From: Centroscyllium fabricii
Lineage: Eukaryota
Direction: 5' to 3'
DNA length: 64,000 nt
Assembly (NCBI GenBank): GCA_051313645.2
Contig: JBNRSN020000001.1
Location: 83,142,001-83,206,000, forward strand
Shown: positions 13,373 through 27,393 of the stretch, piece by piece
Position numbering within the stretch: position 1 is the stretch's first letter
Layout: the number at the start of each line of letters is the position of its first letter
Made by a program: the position numbers and the translations under genes
Notes under the pieces: model-generated
The model's input: the letters and a program-made list of their open reading frames with translations, nothing else
Databases searched by the model: none
What the model was told of the DNA's origin: nothing

Positions 13373-13799
13373 GATCAAGCAGCAATTTGAGAGCCGCCTG
13401 CTTCTTGTTGTTGTTGTTGTTCTGGGTGGTGCTCGAGGTCTCAGGAACCAAACAGTCCAGCAATTCAACAGATCGACACCAAACGATTCACCTTTCCCGG
13501 TTAACAGATTATTTCTTTCAAAACAAAATCGAAGCGATGACAAATAGAGCGAGCCAAATTATCGCGTACAACTTTGGGGGTGTCCTTGTTTTTGTCCTCT
13601 GAAGCAGTTTTTATGGCGATCACGTAGTAGTTGTTTTTTTTCACTGCAGCACGAATTCCCAGGGAGAAGCCAAGCCGCCTTGCCTTCTTTGAAGCCTCTC
13701 TCTGTCTGTCTGTCCGCCTCTCTCTCTCAGTAGATGCAGTGTTACCAGTGATAGCGGTAATCAGAAAGGCAGACAAGCGAGGAGTAGAGATAAGAGCAT

Positions 13800-14120
13800 C
13801 CTGGGGCTGACTGTGTGGGGAGGAGGGGTTGGAGAGAGGGAGGGGAGGGGGGGATCTTAAGCTGGTTCCGCTCCTATCATATGATGCGAGTGAATCGGCT
13901 GACTGGAGTGGCGGCGCCTCTCCCAACACCCCTTTTAAACAGGACAGCGGCCACTTTCTAATGGCTTTTCATTGGACAGCTCCTCCTCATCCATCCCAGG
14001 TAGCCTGCTCCAAACGGGTCGCCATTTTTCATTAATTACGCCTACTTTCGATTTGTTTTTTCCCCCCAGCTCGGCCATTATTGCGCCTCTCGTCTCCTCG
14101 CCAATATATCCGTGTAGGCA
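13800..14120 (-). promoter_or_regulatory. Probable Zic2 core promoter
   Basis: CpG-rich. TATA-like TTTAAAA at about 13932-13938, minus-strand CCAAT at about 13971-13975, followed by a pyrimidine-rich leader. TSS not determinable. Confidence 0.5.
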
Positions 14121-17100
14121 GCAGCATCATGTCCCCACTGCCAACCAGTAAAAGTTAATCGAAATCCGTTATAATGACTTGCGATCAAATTGTGGGAGGT
14201 GGTGTGTGGGGGGGGGGTGGGGGTGCTGGAATCCAGTGTCCACAATACAACACGCCTTTCCTCCCCCCTCTGTTTAATTGGTGCCTTTTACATGATGCAA
14301 ATCAGGTAACTTTTTTTCCCCAAGAAACTTGTCAAATAAATTCCATCCAAAGGTTTGAGATATTACATCAGCGAAACAGACAAGTCCACCTCTGATCAGA
14401 TTTCACTTGTGTGCAAAGCCAGACTCGAACACCCTTTCCTTCGTACACACAGACTTTGCCTAGAAGGGTTTGTGCGGGAAATAAAGGAGGGTTTAATCTG
14501 ATTTGCCACCTACTAAATTGCACACCATGTTTTCTGCAATAAAAACGGTCTTTTTTTCTGCTTAAATTCGATTTTTTTTGGCAAACGGTTTTGAAAGGTA
14601 CGTTTAAATAAGGAAGGATTCCAAACACAACTGTTTATTAATGCCAAGAGAGTTGGTTCATGTTTACCAAAAGAAAGGATCATTTCATTTTCTGATTGTC
14701 ATGAACTAAAAAGCGCGATGATTTCACTTGTTACCAATTGTTCTTTGAGCAAGGGGCCGAGTGGTGCCGGATCTGCTCTGCTTGGGGGCAGAGCTGGTAT
14801 TGAAGGGCAGGTCTGGAGACAGAAACCCAACCCAACCGAACGGAAACAATCCCCTTCTACTAAATCACCCACAGTTAATTACAAAATCTGTTATTCGGCT
14901 ACTGTGTACTGACCCCGCATTTTTCAGAAATGTCATCACCTACTCTGTGATGAACAAAACGTATAGAATTTATCTCACACCGAAAGGTGGTTTGTTTGGG
15001 GGGGGGGGGGGGGGGGTAAACAAAACAACCATTTTAATTTATGTACAAATAAGGTATGACGTTTGGTATTGGTTTTAGAACCCTGTGTTGATCCTATCAC
15101 ACACTCAGGTAATATCCTTCTGACTGTTTTTTCACTGATCATCGGGGGGATTTTTTTAAACCCCCCAAAAAGTTACGGTGTTGTTTTAATTCTCTCATTC
15201 CTGTCTAAGGCAGCACAGCAGCATGCTCCCTGCTATCCTTTCATTTCTCCAGCGTTACTCTATAGGAACTACAGGAGCTGATCCAAGTTCAAAGTCACGT
15301 TTGCCGACTTCTCTACAGAGCTGTAGTTTTTCTCTGCAAACCGCACCCACCCCCACATCTCCCCCCCCCCCACACCAACCCCCCCCCCCCCCCACGCCTC
15401 CTCCTCCCCCCCCCCCCCACACACACCCAAAAAAAACCTCTGTCCTTGGTCACCAGGGTTGTGCGAGAGAGAGAGAGAGAGGGCGAGAAAAAGAAATGTA
15501 AAAAATCAATTGCATTTCAGTACCATTGGAGCAGAAATGCAGTCAGGAGCTGAAAGCTGGACAGTGAGAAAGGCCAGCGGCCGCTAATCTATTCATGTAA
15601 TGGCACTTCAACAGGTTTGAGGAGGTAAGCAATGAACTTACTATATGAGAGATGGTGCTCTGAAGCTGAGAAGAATGTCTTTATCCACTTATCCAAATCC
15701 AGAATCTGTACTGTTCTTTATGGCGACAGCATTTCTTTTGTTAGCCTGCAGGCTTGTTTTAATAACTGCCAACAATGCAGCCCATACAATATCCTCTTTC
15801 ATCTATCTCAATCTTGTCACATATTTCAACCTATTTTGAATAAAGTTAGTCATAGCACGCCGGAGACATCAAAGCCATATTCATGACAAGTTTGTGTGTA
15901 AGATATTTTTTTGGGGGGGAGGGAGTGGGGCGCGGGGATATGGATAGAACTTTTACAGGGACTAAACTACTCGACACTATTCCTGTGCTGACTGCAGAAT
16001 GTTTAAAGCATTCTGTTCAGGCGTTCGGTTGCTCTCTTGTTAGTTTTGAAAATCGTTGCGGCACAACAAAAAGTCCCTCCTTAAATATACTATTGGAGAG
16101 CATTTCAGTTAGGGCAAGGCAGAAATCAAAGTGGGGCGGGGAGAGGACAAAATCAACATAGCTTGTTATTCATTCTTTGAATAAACGGCATCTGGAATTC
16201 AGTGCAAACCGCCAGGTTACTGGTCGCGAGGAATAATTGAATGTCAGGCTTTTTGTTATTATTTTTAGCGGTCAGTGAGTTAGGGAATGAATTATACATT
16301 AGCTACCCAAGGTAGTCTTATCGGCTTTTTATCAAAAATCACGTGAAGGCAACAAAGGTATATGTGGACATTGCACATGAACAGTACAATTGGTCGACCA
16401 TTTGCCTGTACATTGTCGTGCAATAAACATGACTGTATTCTCAGTACTCTCTACAGCTATTCTCTAAATCAATATAGAGTGGGATACAGTGTTATTTAAT
16501 TTGACTGCGACACCTTAATGATTTGTTTATAATTGTATTTTGTTCAGGTTGTAGTGGATGTAAGGGCTGTTGGTAAAACTCCCAAGCTCACATTTTTTGC
16601 ACTGGGAAAAGTTACCAAGCGTTGTTATCTGTGTCAATCAAGATCTTGAATCCAATGGAGTTAATCAAATGACTATTCCGTTACAAATTACCTTTGATTT
16701 TGCTTAATTTGACACGACCTAAGGAGCACGGAAAAGCATATATGTACTCCTGCCTATAAAACAAATCAATACAAGCAGACTTGTTCGGTGCAATCACAAT
16801 TTATGGAAAATTGTACATCAAACTACAGGATGTTTATTGTTGAATACTAATCTAACCCTTTCTCGTTACTTCGACATAAATTCATTTATTGAGCATTTCT
16901 TAATATGAATGTACATTCTGACCTGACGATGCAGGTCTCATGACACAAAAGTCGCAAAATGCTACACAAAATATATAAATTATTGTGCGAATTTGCTCAC
17001 TAGGCACACGGAGATCGTGTATTTTTTGGATACTGAGATGGAAAAACACAAACAACCTTGAACAGACGCAGTGTAGTTAATTTAATCCATTCTTCAAAAA

Positions 17101-20100
17101 GGGTTAAATTAGTGTGTGTACGGCTCTGTTAGTCTGTGTGTGTGCGTGGGGTGGGGGGGTTCTAACAACACAGCTGAATTAGTCCACTTACTTGTTTGTC
17201 AAATACTGCCCCACACGTTAACATTAAGGCAGGAAACTGTGGTACCCAGCGAATCTCAACCCAGCGAATCTCACCCCCAAGCTAATGTTCAGCTAAAGTC
17301 AACTAAGAGCCAAGAGATGCCCGTGTGAATTGTATGTATTTAAGCAATGAACGGAACAAACCCACCCCTTCTATATAGGTGTAATACTTTTAAAGACTAT
17401 TTTTGATACCGTACAACGTGAACAGTTACGGCCTGTTGCTTACACATGTGCATCACAGCGACGCATTTACAATCAGCGAGTGTTAACGCTCGCCGGTCCT
17501 TTCGCAAAGCGCTTCCAAAAACATTTTACGATGGCATGTTAAAGAAAAGACAAACGAAAGTGACATATGTTATCAGTTTACGAGTTGACGACCTATGATG
17601 GTTATTCCATAAATTATATCTGCAGTTAACCCTTGTAAAGTCGGTCGCGTTTTTAAACACATTAATAGTGTAATTTATTTTGGTTGTAGTCTGTGGGTGT
17701 TCTACACTTCCTTGTTTATCAGTACCTCGATTAAATTCACATGAGGAATATGACCACTGTGCTGAGGTAGGGTGGCACGCAGCAAGCGTGGGCAGGAATG
17801 TTTTTTTTTACAACAGCTTAAGTCCTTGTTATCAATAGATCATTGTTTACGAATGAAGGGTAACGCAGAAAAAGGGGGCTTGACAAGCAAGGAAGAGATA
17901 GAAAAAATATGACGAATGACTGAAATCAACCAATAAAATAATGGGTTTGTAAAATACATCTGTAACACTGACCTCAGCAAACGTTATGACACTAAGGGCA
18001 AATGAACAAGGTAAAACTCCCAAGCTCACATGACTGGGGCCCTAAAAATGAAATAATTGCAAGACAACATTTATCAAAATGTAAATAGAATGATGTGAAA
18101 ATACAATGTTGCAATCTGCCAACCTTTTGGAATAATTTGTAAATCATAAAGACACACCTCTCACCATTGTTTCTGGTAAGAACTTTTAAACATAAAATTA
18201 CACGGACGAAAATACCTAATTTGAAGGAAAATATGATCTTAACTTGCACCTGCAGACCGTGTACACGTGTGTTGCCGAGCATTAGAACATTTGGAGAATA
18301 TTGTGCCTTTGATAAGCAACATCAATCCCGAAATCATTGCCAACATTTTCACCAGACAAATGACGCAGTTTAAAAAATAAATAAACCTAAAGGAATAATC
18401 AACAACTACAGAAAGCAAAACCCGCCTCTGTTGAACGGTGCAATAAGGATGCAATTGTTTGTATCTGGGAGGTGTGTGGCACCAACCCAAAATGCAGAAT
18501 TTTGCGAAGAGCAGCGTTGCTTTAAATTAAGTATATATATTGCCAACGCTGACTGAAGATGTGAAACTCGCAAGTTTGCTCATTATGTATCTGCATAACT
18601 CGATCTGTTTGGGTGTGTGACTATCAGAAAAAAAGACACGAATACAATACCTCTATTCGCGCTCTTTCATACTGGCTTGAATAAGTAGAAACACATTATA
18701 AACACACAGTGTTAAACCGCCAGGAAGTGTTGAATTCAGTTTACTGATAGTCTATTAATTACCCCATCCATTGAAAAGAGACATGTATCTGTTCAATAAT
18801 TAAGGGCGTGCAATCAACCGTATGGGGATTTTATGTGAATCCAGCCTTACAAGGCATGAGGTGATGGAGCGGCGGATTGCTATAAGGACATGGCTTGTAT
18901 GATGTGGCAATTGACAGACAACATTGGCTTTGTAGGCAAGTTTTTGTGGTTTACCACCAGTGATTACTCGAATTGGAAGAAAGACAAATACTAGCACACA
19001 CCACAAAGCATTCAGAAGGCTGTACACGATTGCATTTCACCCACCTGCATTTATCCCCAGACTAGCGGTGTAAAGTAACATATATAGTTCTCTCCTGAAA
19101 GTGACATTTGCCAGGCATCATGCCCACCTTGTTTATTGATTAGTATATGTGTGTTTCCCGTGAACTTCGACTTCCCCTTGTTCACATTCATCGAATATCT
19201 TGCCTTCTCTTTTGTTATTCTGTACCATCCAACACCTCGTTTCCAAATGTTCCCCTGGTTTTCACCTTTTTACATTCGTCTCCCGTACTTGGTTACTTGA
19301 CGCCTTAACACTATTCCTCTTTTTCATTGTTAAGACGATATAATACAGACTTCTGTTTCCTTAATTTGAACCCCATGTTTTGCATCATTGAACTTACCCA
19401 AGCTGCATTAATATTCCACTTTATAGTTCCACGGTATCAGTTCACAACATTTACTCATACTCCTAAAATTCGCATGATTGCGTTTCTCTTTCACAGTGCA
19501 GCCAGCCAATTTGATAATTTGACGTATTTTTGAGCAGTTGCTGGTATCCTACCAGATATAACGAAAAGCTAAAATTAGAATTTTGAACTGGAAACAAAAT
19601 TGTGCTTTGAAAAAGTAATAAGAGATAATAAAACAACGGGAAATCGGAAGCAATTTCCTTAAAAATAACCAAGCCTGGAAAAACAGAAACAGGAAACCAA
19701 TTCATTATAATTATAACGCGAGCACAGTGTTTAATGAGTATTTAGCTGGGTGCTTTAGAATGAACGGACAGGAGCAACACTGGGCGACCGCAGCTCAGGA
19801 GGAGGAAATCAGTGCCAGATATTTGCTATTTCTGAAATGCGTTTCACACTGATCGCATTGTGAACATAATCCTAATTTACAAGTAGCTGGAGTGTTTTTT
19901 TACCAAAAAAAGGGAAGTTTCTTAAGGGTGTTGGTTGGGCTTAATAAAGTGTTCCGTTTTTTGTTTTGTTTATAATCTATTAAAATCAATTGGCGCACTA
20001 GAGTTTTACAAATAGTCGGGACTTTATTTCTCTGTGACATTTTGTAACAATCTTTAGAAAAACAAGGGGGAATAAATGAATCGATCGCAGAAGTAAGTAT

Positions 20101-23100
20101 ATATTAAGACATGTTAATCGATGACAGATACACATCATGCTGAGCTGATCGAGGACAGTTACACAGAAACGCGCGTGTACCCCTTGCAAGTACCATCAGC
20201 GTACCTCCGGCTACTCAAATCACCAAGCTTCATTTTTTTGTAATCAATAATACGGGGCAAACTTTTAATGTTAAAAAAAAGAAACAGGAGAGTGACATTT
20301 ATTTAATAGCAGGTAGCAAGCACTTGTGGCAGGGGAACTTCCTAGGATGCTTGTGTACTGCTTTTAAGAGCTGGCTTCTCGAAAGGGAACTGATTACATT
20401 ATATTTTCCTGTTGTTTTACTGTTTCTTGTGGGGGGGGGGGGGGGGGGGGTTCATATTGCAGTGAGAAAGAATCCTCGTTCGCCAAATTCTCATACAATT
20501 CATAGCCCAGTGTTTGATTTGTGATATAAAAAATATTACCACAGAGGATCCCATGGAATTACATAATTTGATTTAGTATGAAGCTTAAGGAACAATATGA
20601 AACATTGCAACTTGCAAATACTATTCCAATCAAACATTTTTGAAAATATATCAATCAGTATTCTTAATTCAGACAATTGGAATTAAAGATGGGACAATGC
20701 ACATAACTAATCAGGTATCACCTTTTCTGTTACATTCCCATAAAATGAATTGTGTTAGAGACTGGCTTATTCACTGCAGACATTCTGTATGTATTAAAGG
20801 TGTGGCAATCGGTTCTGCTCGGCTGGTTTGTAGTAGGAAACCAAACTGCCTCACAACAAAATGTCCGAGGCGCCTGCTCGCAGTTCGGTCAATTGTTCTA
20901 TTGTTTCCTAAATAATGTTTACCAAAACTTTTGAATTGTGTAAATGTATTTGCTGTTGTTAGTGATGCAAATTTGGATTTCTTGATTTTTTTTTTGTTCG
21001 TCACATGTTCTTCAGGAGGGTTGAGGCGATACAAATACCTGATGTTCGCAAAGGACGTTTGAAGGACAAGCACCTAGCCAGGCGTGGGATGGTGCAGCAA
21101 ATGGAAACTTATGAAGAAAGATACCCTAACACATGCAGGCGATTTAAAAATGGTTAAAATTCGAAGCAGCGTAAAATACTGTGAGATCAATGTACCTACA
21201 CATATGTACAGCATACACACGCTAATGTGTCTTATATACTGTAAAATATACTATAAAAGATTCAAACAGGTAACAGTGCCAAGATTATTAATAATAAAAC
21301 GCCACACAATAATAATGAGCATATGTATGAACTATCTGGAAATATTGTCTAGCTAGATGTCTGTAGCAGAATCACAAGAATATACTGCATGATTCAAACG
21401 TTAAGTAAATAAAGCGAGCAGTCTATATACATATTGCAATTCTCGAAGGTTACATGGAGAATCTGAGTTGCTTATTCTAATCATGACAAGACTGTCGGGT
21501 AATAAACCGGATTGTACCGAATCCCTTCAGACATCGTGTTTTTCTATCCTGTTCAAATTCGAATTGACTTTTATAGAAATATTAAGAAAGATTTAAGAGT
21601 AGTATGAAATATCCACACATACTGAATATATAAGAAATACATACGCAACAATCATAAACAAATGTGTCTTAACTCTATTTAATGGTTTAGCTTTGTCAAA
21701 GTAGTGCTATTTTGATCTATCTGTATCCGGCTATTTCTAATCATCTTATTTCTTCGCAATTGTAAGTCAACTAACTGCGTATGAATTGCTCAGGTAGGTT
21801 CATACACATTAAGTATCACAAGCAGAAAGGTACATTAAAGAGAATCGTTCATAATGGTGTTTATGTCTATATTTTATATTTCGTATACATTTATTTTGAT
21901 GCTATAATTAATATGCAATCCCATTTACCGAATCCATAGTATTGAAGTCTACAAATTCACATTAATCATTTGCCGTTGAAAATCAAGAATTGCAATTTGA
22001 TTCCTGTTTCTCTATATCGAAATACAATAGCTTAACATAGCAATGTTTTTTCGACAAACTCAGCCTTTCGTCAAATAAAAGATTTTTTCTGTAATGAATT
22101 TTGGGTTGCGTTTCGTAAACCGTTCAGAACGATTGATCTGTCGTTAGATAACAAGCGACGGTTCATCTGGGATGAATGTTACGTCATATTTCATTCAAAC
22201 GATCTAATCGCATTGTGTTTCACTGGCAAATTATCATTCTAACTATTCACAACCCGACACCTGTTTCCATAGTAGGTGTCTCGATGTTAAAAACGACAAT
22301 CTCCAAAATTTATAGACGACTTAAAATAAATTTTAAAAATGTAAATCAGAAAAAGTGACACAGAATGCACTTGGATTCCTGGTGAGGAAATGCAGTGAGA
22401 GCTGTCGACGGCAAGGGGAATATTAGGCAGAGTAGTTTATGATACAAGAGAGAATGTCGACTTAGTTTGGGTAGATTGAAGCATTGACATTCATGCATTC
22501 AACCCCCAAACAACACACATCATAATAACCTATTCCCTGTGATGGCTGGTGTTATGATCTTATATATATTACCTTTTCTTTCATATTTTAAAGCAAGATC
22601 AAAAAAACCAGAGCATTCGGCCATGCCACATTTATACACTTCCAACCCAGTCCACTTTTGGTGAATAGGTTTTCAACTGCAAGACACACTGGAACATGTT
22701 GGCACATCTTCCTTCCCCCGTCCGTTTAAACATTTGCACAGCGATCATCTGTGTGCAATTCGATGCACGAATATGGAATTAAAGTACAGATTATAAAAGA
22801 GAGAATCAAATTTGAGAAATCTTGCCTGCATTATTCTTCCGATAATTGCCATTATTTATGTGTAATGTCGGACTGAAACACTTTGTACAGATATTGCCCA
22901 AACCCCTGAGCTTTATTTGTGAAGGCGCATAATGTTTCAATTGTTGCTCACACAAAATATAATTCTCCTATCTGACCTGTAAATTTGTTATTCGCAATTT
23001 ATAGTCACGTGCTCTAAAATAAACAGTAATAATGATATATTTAAATCAATACAGCATAATTATGATTATTGCAAGCCTGAGTTTAAAATTGACAGAACAC

Positions 23101-23119
23101 TGTGTAAACTACTAATAAT

Positions 23120-23284
23120 ATGCAAGAATTCACACAACACCAGGTTATAGTCCAACAGTTTTATTTGAAATCACAAGCTTTCGGATAAAACTGTTTCAAA
23201 TAAAGCTGTTGGACTATAACCTGGTGTTGTGTGACTTCTTGCATTTGTCCACCCCAGTCCAACACCGGCACCTCCACATCATGG
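23120..23284. mobile_element. Penelope-like fold-back fragment (copy C), just upstream of the Zic5 promoter
   Basis: Inverted arms plus one tail tgtccaccccagtccaacaccggcacctccacatcatg. TSD ctactaataat (23109-23119 and 23285-23295). Confidence 0.85.
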
Positions 23285-23659
23285 CTACTAATAATGTAAC
23301 ACGACCTCGGTCATATTTACGTTAGAATTGTGGAAACCGTTTATAAATCCCCTTTAAAAATTATTTAAAAGTCCTGTAAGCAAACCACTATTCGCACATG
23401 TGATGTGTCACCGGTGTTTCCTAACTAAGAGCGAATTTAAAGATTATAAACATTCCCATATAAAATGCTTAACTCCTCCGAAGGAGGGTGTGGAGGGGGG
23501 GGGGCTCATTGCAATTCTTTAAGGGCCCAGTTATGGAGTTTTCATGCCATATGAGGTGGGTGGGGGTGGGGGAGGAGGAGGAGGGGGCCCGGTGGAAGCA
23601 AGTCCCTGGTTTCCTTAAGTTTCGCAGTCAAAACTTGAGCAGAGCAACATTGTGGGATT

Positions 23660-23830
23660 TGCGGGCAGGAGGGGGCGGATCCCGCTGCGCTCTCGGCTGA
23701 AAACGGACGAATTGCCTGAACGGTGCGTCTGCCAATCAGCCCAAACTCTCCAATCCCTGCCCCGCCATGTCTGAACTATATTTCCCCACTGTGTCGCCTA
23801 ACTGCTCTGTGTTCTGCCAATCGCTTGAGG
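23660..23830 (+). promoter_or_regulatory. Probable Zic5 core promoter
   Basis: GC boxes (gggggcgg at 23671, cccgcc at about 23761), CCAAT at about 23732 and 23817, and TATA-like ctatattt at about 23776. Confidence 0.5.
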
Positions 23831-23994
23831 ACAGAGTGAGAAAGGCAGAGTTTAGAGGGCTTTAAAAAAAATACTTTGACTGAGCGCAATAATATATTTT
23901 CAGGCTTTGATTTGGGGGGGTGGGGGGGGGGGGGGGGGAAGAGGAAAAAAAAAAGCTGCCATCAACTAGTGTGGATGGACTGACTTGTGTAGTC

Positions 23995-25009
23995 ATGGAA
24001 GCCGCGCTAAGCAAGCGGAATCCGGCACTTAGATTAGCGGATTTGGCAGCAACTCAACTCCATCCCCATCAGAATATGCCAGGCTTCCCGGGGTTGGGTA
24101 GCCATACACACATCCACCCTGGGGAGCTGAGCAACGATCCCAGCGTGGCTCTCGCCTCCTTTGGGCCCGAGCACATGCCTCAGTCCAGTGCTCTGAAACT
24201 CAGTCCCTCTCAACACATGGCTGGACACCCCGAAGCGCAGACAGCGGCGATTTTCGGCTCGGCACAGAATGCGGTCAGCTACCCAGCGGGTCATCCCCAT
24301 TCAGGCTACGCGAGCGGCAGGGACTACCTCCTCAGGAGAGACCTCTCGGCATCTGCCATGCATGGACTGAGCGAGCAGCACCCATCTTCGTCCTCCCATC
24401 ACCACCACCACCACCATCACCACGGCATGTTCCTGTCCACAACAGGTAACTATGGACACCCGGAGGTCTTCTCGGGGCTCCACGAACAGTCTGCACCGGG
24501 ATCCCACCACACTTTAAATGGACAGATGCGCTTGGGGTTGCCAGGGGACATCTACAGGCCAGAGCATTTCAGACACGGAGCAGATCACTACCCGACCTCG
24601 TCCTTGCACAGTTACAATTCCATGAACTTAAACGTTAACCTGGCAGCGGCTCACCCCGGCGCCGGGGCATTCTTTAGGTACATGAGACAGCCCATCAAGC
24701 AGGAGTTAATCTGCAAGTGGATTGACCAAGAGGAGACTTCAAAGAAACCCTGCTCGAAAACTTTCAGCACCATGCATGAACTGGTAAACCATGTCACGGT
24801 GGAGCATGTCGGAGGACCCGAGCAGAGCGTTCACATTTGCTACTGGGAAGAATGTCCCAGAGAAGGGAAACCGTTCAAGGCGAAATACAAACTGGTGAAT
24901 CACATCAGGGTTCACACGGGCGAGAAACCTTTCCCCTGCCCCTTCCCAGGCTGCGGAAAAGTATTCGCCCGCTCTGAAAACTTGAAGATTCACAAAAGGA
25001 CTCACACAG
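23995..25009 (+). CDS. zic5: Zic5 coding exon 1
   Basis: [21 protein letters not shown] is the Zic5-type N-terminus, followed by poly-His, [14 protein letters not shown] and zinc fingers 1-3. Phase-1 donor ACAG|gttggt. Head-to-head with Zic2, as in other vertebrates. Confidence 0.93.
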
Positions 25010-26837
25010 GTTGGTGTTCCTAAATAGTTTTCACCTTCTTCCTCAGTCCCCCAACAAAGTACATCTCGCTAATATATCGGGCAAAGTACTACTAAATTAA
25101 GCAAAGTATCTATTTTTTTCTGAAATGCGAATCCAACGAGTATCGTTTTGCATCTCACAAGCACGCTCTTAAACTATCTCCTTTGTATAATCGGTTCACA
25201 TATTCTAGGGGGAGGGGGGCGAAATTAAAGCAACTGGGTTTCATTTTTGGAAGATTCTGGAGATCTAGGAAACAAACAAACAGGCAAGGGGTCATTTCCA
25301 AACGGGGTGAATGAATCTGCGGCGTCCCTTTGTTTGCTGTCGGGTAATTTCCAGTCAAAATGTCACATATGTAAAATGAAACGAGCAGCGCGATCATTGC
25401 AGGGGCTCTCGGCACTGGGTCTTCGGAAGCGAAGTCTCCTATTAAAGTCAGACATTTCAACCCAACTTAAAAAATTAAGAGTTCTCGGGGATGAGAGTGA
25501 AATACAAGAATTATCAATGAGGTTGGAAGGAGTTCAGCGTGGTTGGTGTTGCAGAAGGTTTGGGAGCAAGGCTGCCGGCCAATCGAGCTTGTAAACCGAC
25601 CGGGCCAGTTGCACACGCTGCTGTTAAAATATGTTATTTAAGACTCTCTGAGAGAAACGATATCGATGCAGCATGCCGTTGTTCGGCTTAATAATTCGAA
25701 GAATTAAGGTTTCTGTGACCCACCCGCAGTAAATACGCCGCACGACCATTCACTGGCACAGAACTCCCCGGGGGGAGCGCTCCATCCAACTTCAACAAAG
25801 TTTACTACAGGTCTCCACTATATCGTTTCAGTTCCTGGCGAAATAAGGCAACCTGGTCAGAATTTATTGTTGCAGACAGATATTATCCCTTGGAGAATGT
25901 TTATTGACGTATGCTTTACTTAATTGTTTTCACTGATTTATAGTGTGCTGTCACACGGTATAAACAGATAGGGTTACACCTATCCGTTTAATGCCTTCTT
26001 AATTTGTTGTTTAAATGTTAAAACAAATGGCCCATGACTGCTCTGATTACAGATTTTATCTAAAGAATATGTTGCACAAGTTTAAAAAAAACATGGGGGT
26101 GGGGAGTCGAACTGGGGACCACAATGTGAAGGGATAGATCCGGATTCATCTCCACCCAGGAGGTGTGTGGAAAGACAGGGACCCTTTTAAAACTTCAATT
26201 TTATTCAAACGTGTGCCTTATATCGCTCCAGCACCACATTCTAAAGCAGGGATTATAAATGAGGATAGTGCGACTCGTTGGAGTAACGAAAACTCCTGTT
26301 TCCTCGTGTCTTTCAACGGCCCATTTTCTGGTTGCCAACTACAAAGCTATAAAACGGCCATTTGTTAACTTTTTGAACAGTGTCCACTTCCACCTAAAAG
26401 CACAGGGAGGTCCGGGAACCTTAACTGCTCGCATAATAGGTTTTTATATTAAAATGCGTGATAGAGTAAAATAAAAAATGGTAATCGGCGCCACACAGGG
26501 TAGCAGGATTTCTTTCTTCACTTCAGTCAAGCTGGGAAGGGAGTGTTGCTCCTCGGCTCCGTGTCTATTCCAACCCATGGAACCGCTGTAGCTAACATTC
26601 TCTTAAAGTGCAGGGGCAGCACCAAGTCCGCCCCATTAACCCAACTGCGCTGCTGGGACTAGATTCTCGATTGCATTTCAGTGACTGTATTTGTGTGTGG
26701 GGGGGGGGGGGGGGGGGATATATATATACACAGATCTATGTAAATGTAACCCCAGGCATAAACACGCACAATAATGGTGATGTGAGCCAAGTGTGTTTGA
26801 AAAGTTAATTACCATAATTCTGTGGTTTAAAACAATT

Positions 26838-27027
26838 ATGATGTGGAGGTGCCGGTGTTGGACTGGGGTGGACAATTGTAAGAAGTCACACAACACCAGG
26901 TTATAGTCCAACAGTTTTATTTGAACTCACAAGCTTCACCTGAGGAAGGAGCAGCGCGCTCCGAAAGCTTGAGATTTCAAATAAAACTGTTGGACTATAA
27001 CCTGGTGTTCTGTGACTTCCTACAATT
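26838..27027. mobile_element. Penelope-like fold-back fragment (copy D) in the Zic5 intron, with a plus-strand hammerhead core at the hairpin apex
   Basis: CTGAGGA at 26940-26946, stem ggagc/gctcc, GAAA at 26963-26966. Short TSD acaatta. Confidence 0.85.
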
Positions 27028-27217
27028 AAAAAAATTACATTCGGCGTGTTCGAATGAATATGTGTTGTCCCCCTATTAGTGTCAGGGTGCAGAATTGATA
27101 AGATTGGGGACTCTAAGGGTTCAAGCGCAAAAGTTGTGTTACCCTGGAGTTTGCTGCGAGTTTGTGTTGTGTTTGAGACAGCCATTAGAATATTGGGCTA
27201 GTTTGTGTGTGTTGCTC

Positions 27218-27393
27218 AAATGAAAGAAGTCACACAACACCAGGTTATAGTCCAACAGTTTTATTTGAAATCACAAGCTTTCGGAGCTGCGAAAGCTTGT
27301 GATTTCAAATCAAACTGTTGGACTATAACCTGGTGTTGTGTGACTTCTTACAATTGTCCACCCCAGTCCAACACCGGCACCTCCACATCATGG
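27218..27393. mobile_element. Penelope-like fold-back fragment (copy E) in the Zic5 intron
   Basis: About 65-bp inverted arms with one tail. TSD gctcaaatgaa (27214-27224 and 27393-27403). Confidence 0.85.

Noticed and set aside
23920-23994. N-terminal extension of Zic5 from a GTG
   Set aside because: It starts in a poly-G/poly-A run with no in-frame [12 protein letters not shown] matches the family start.
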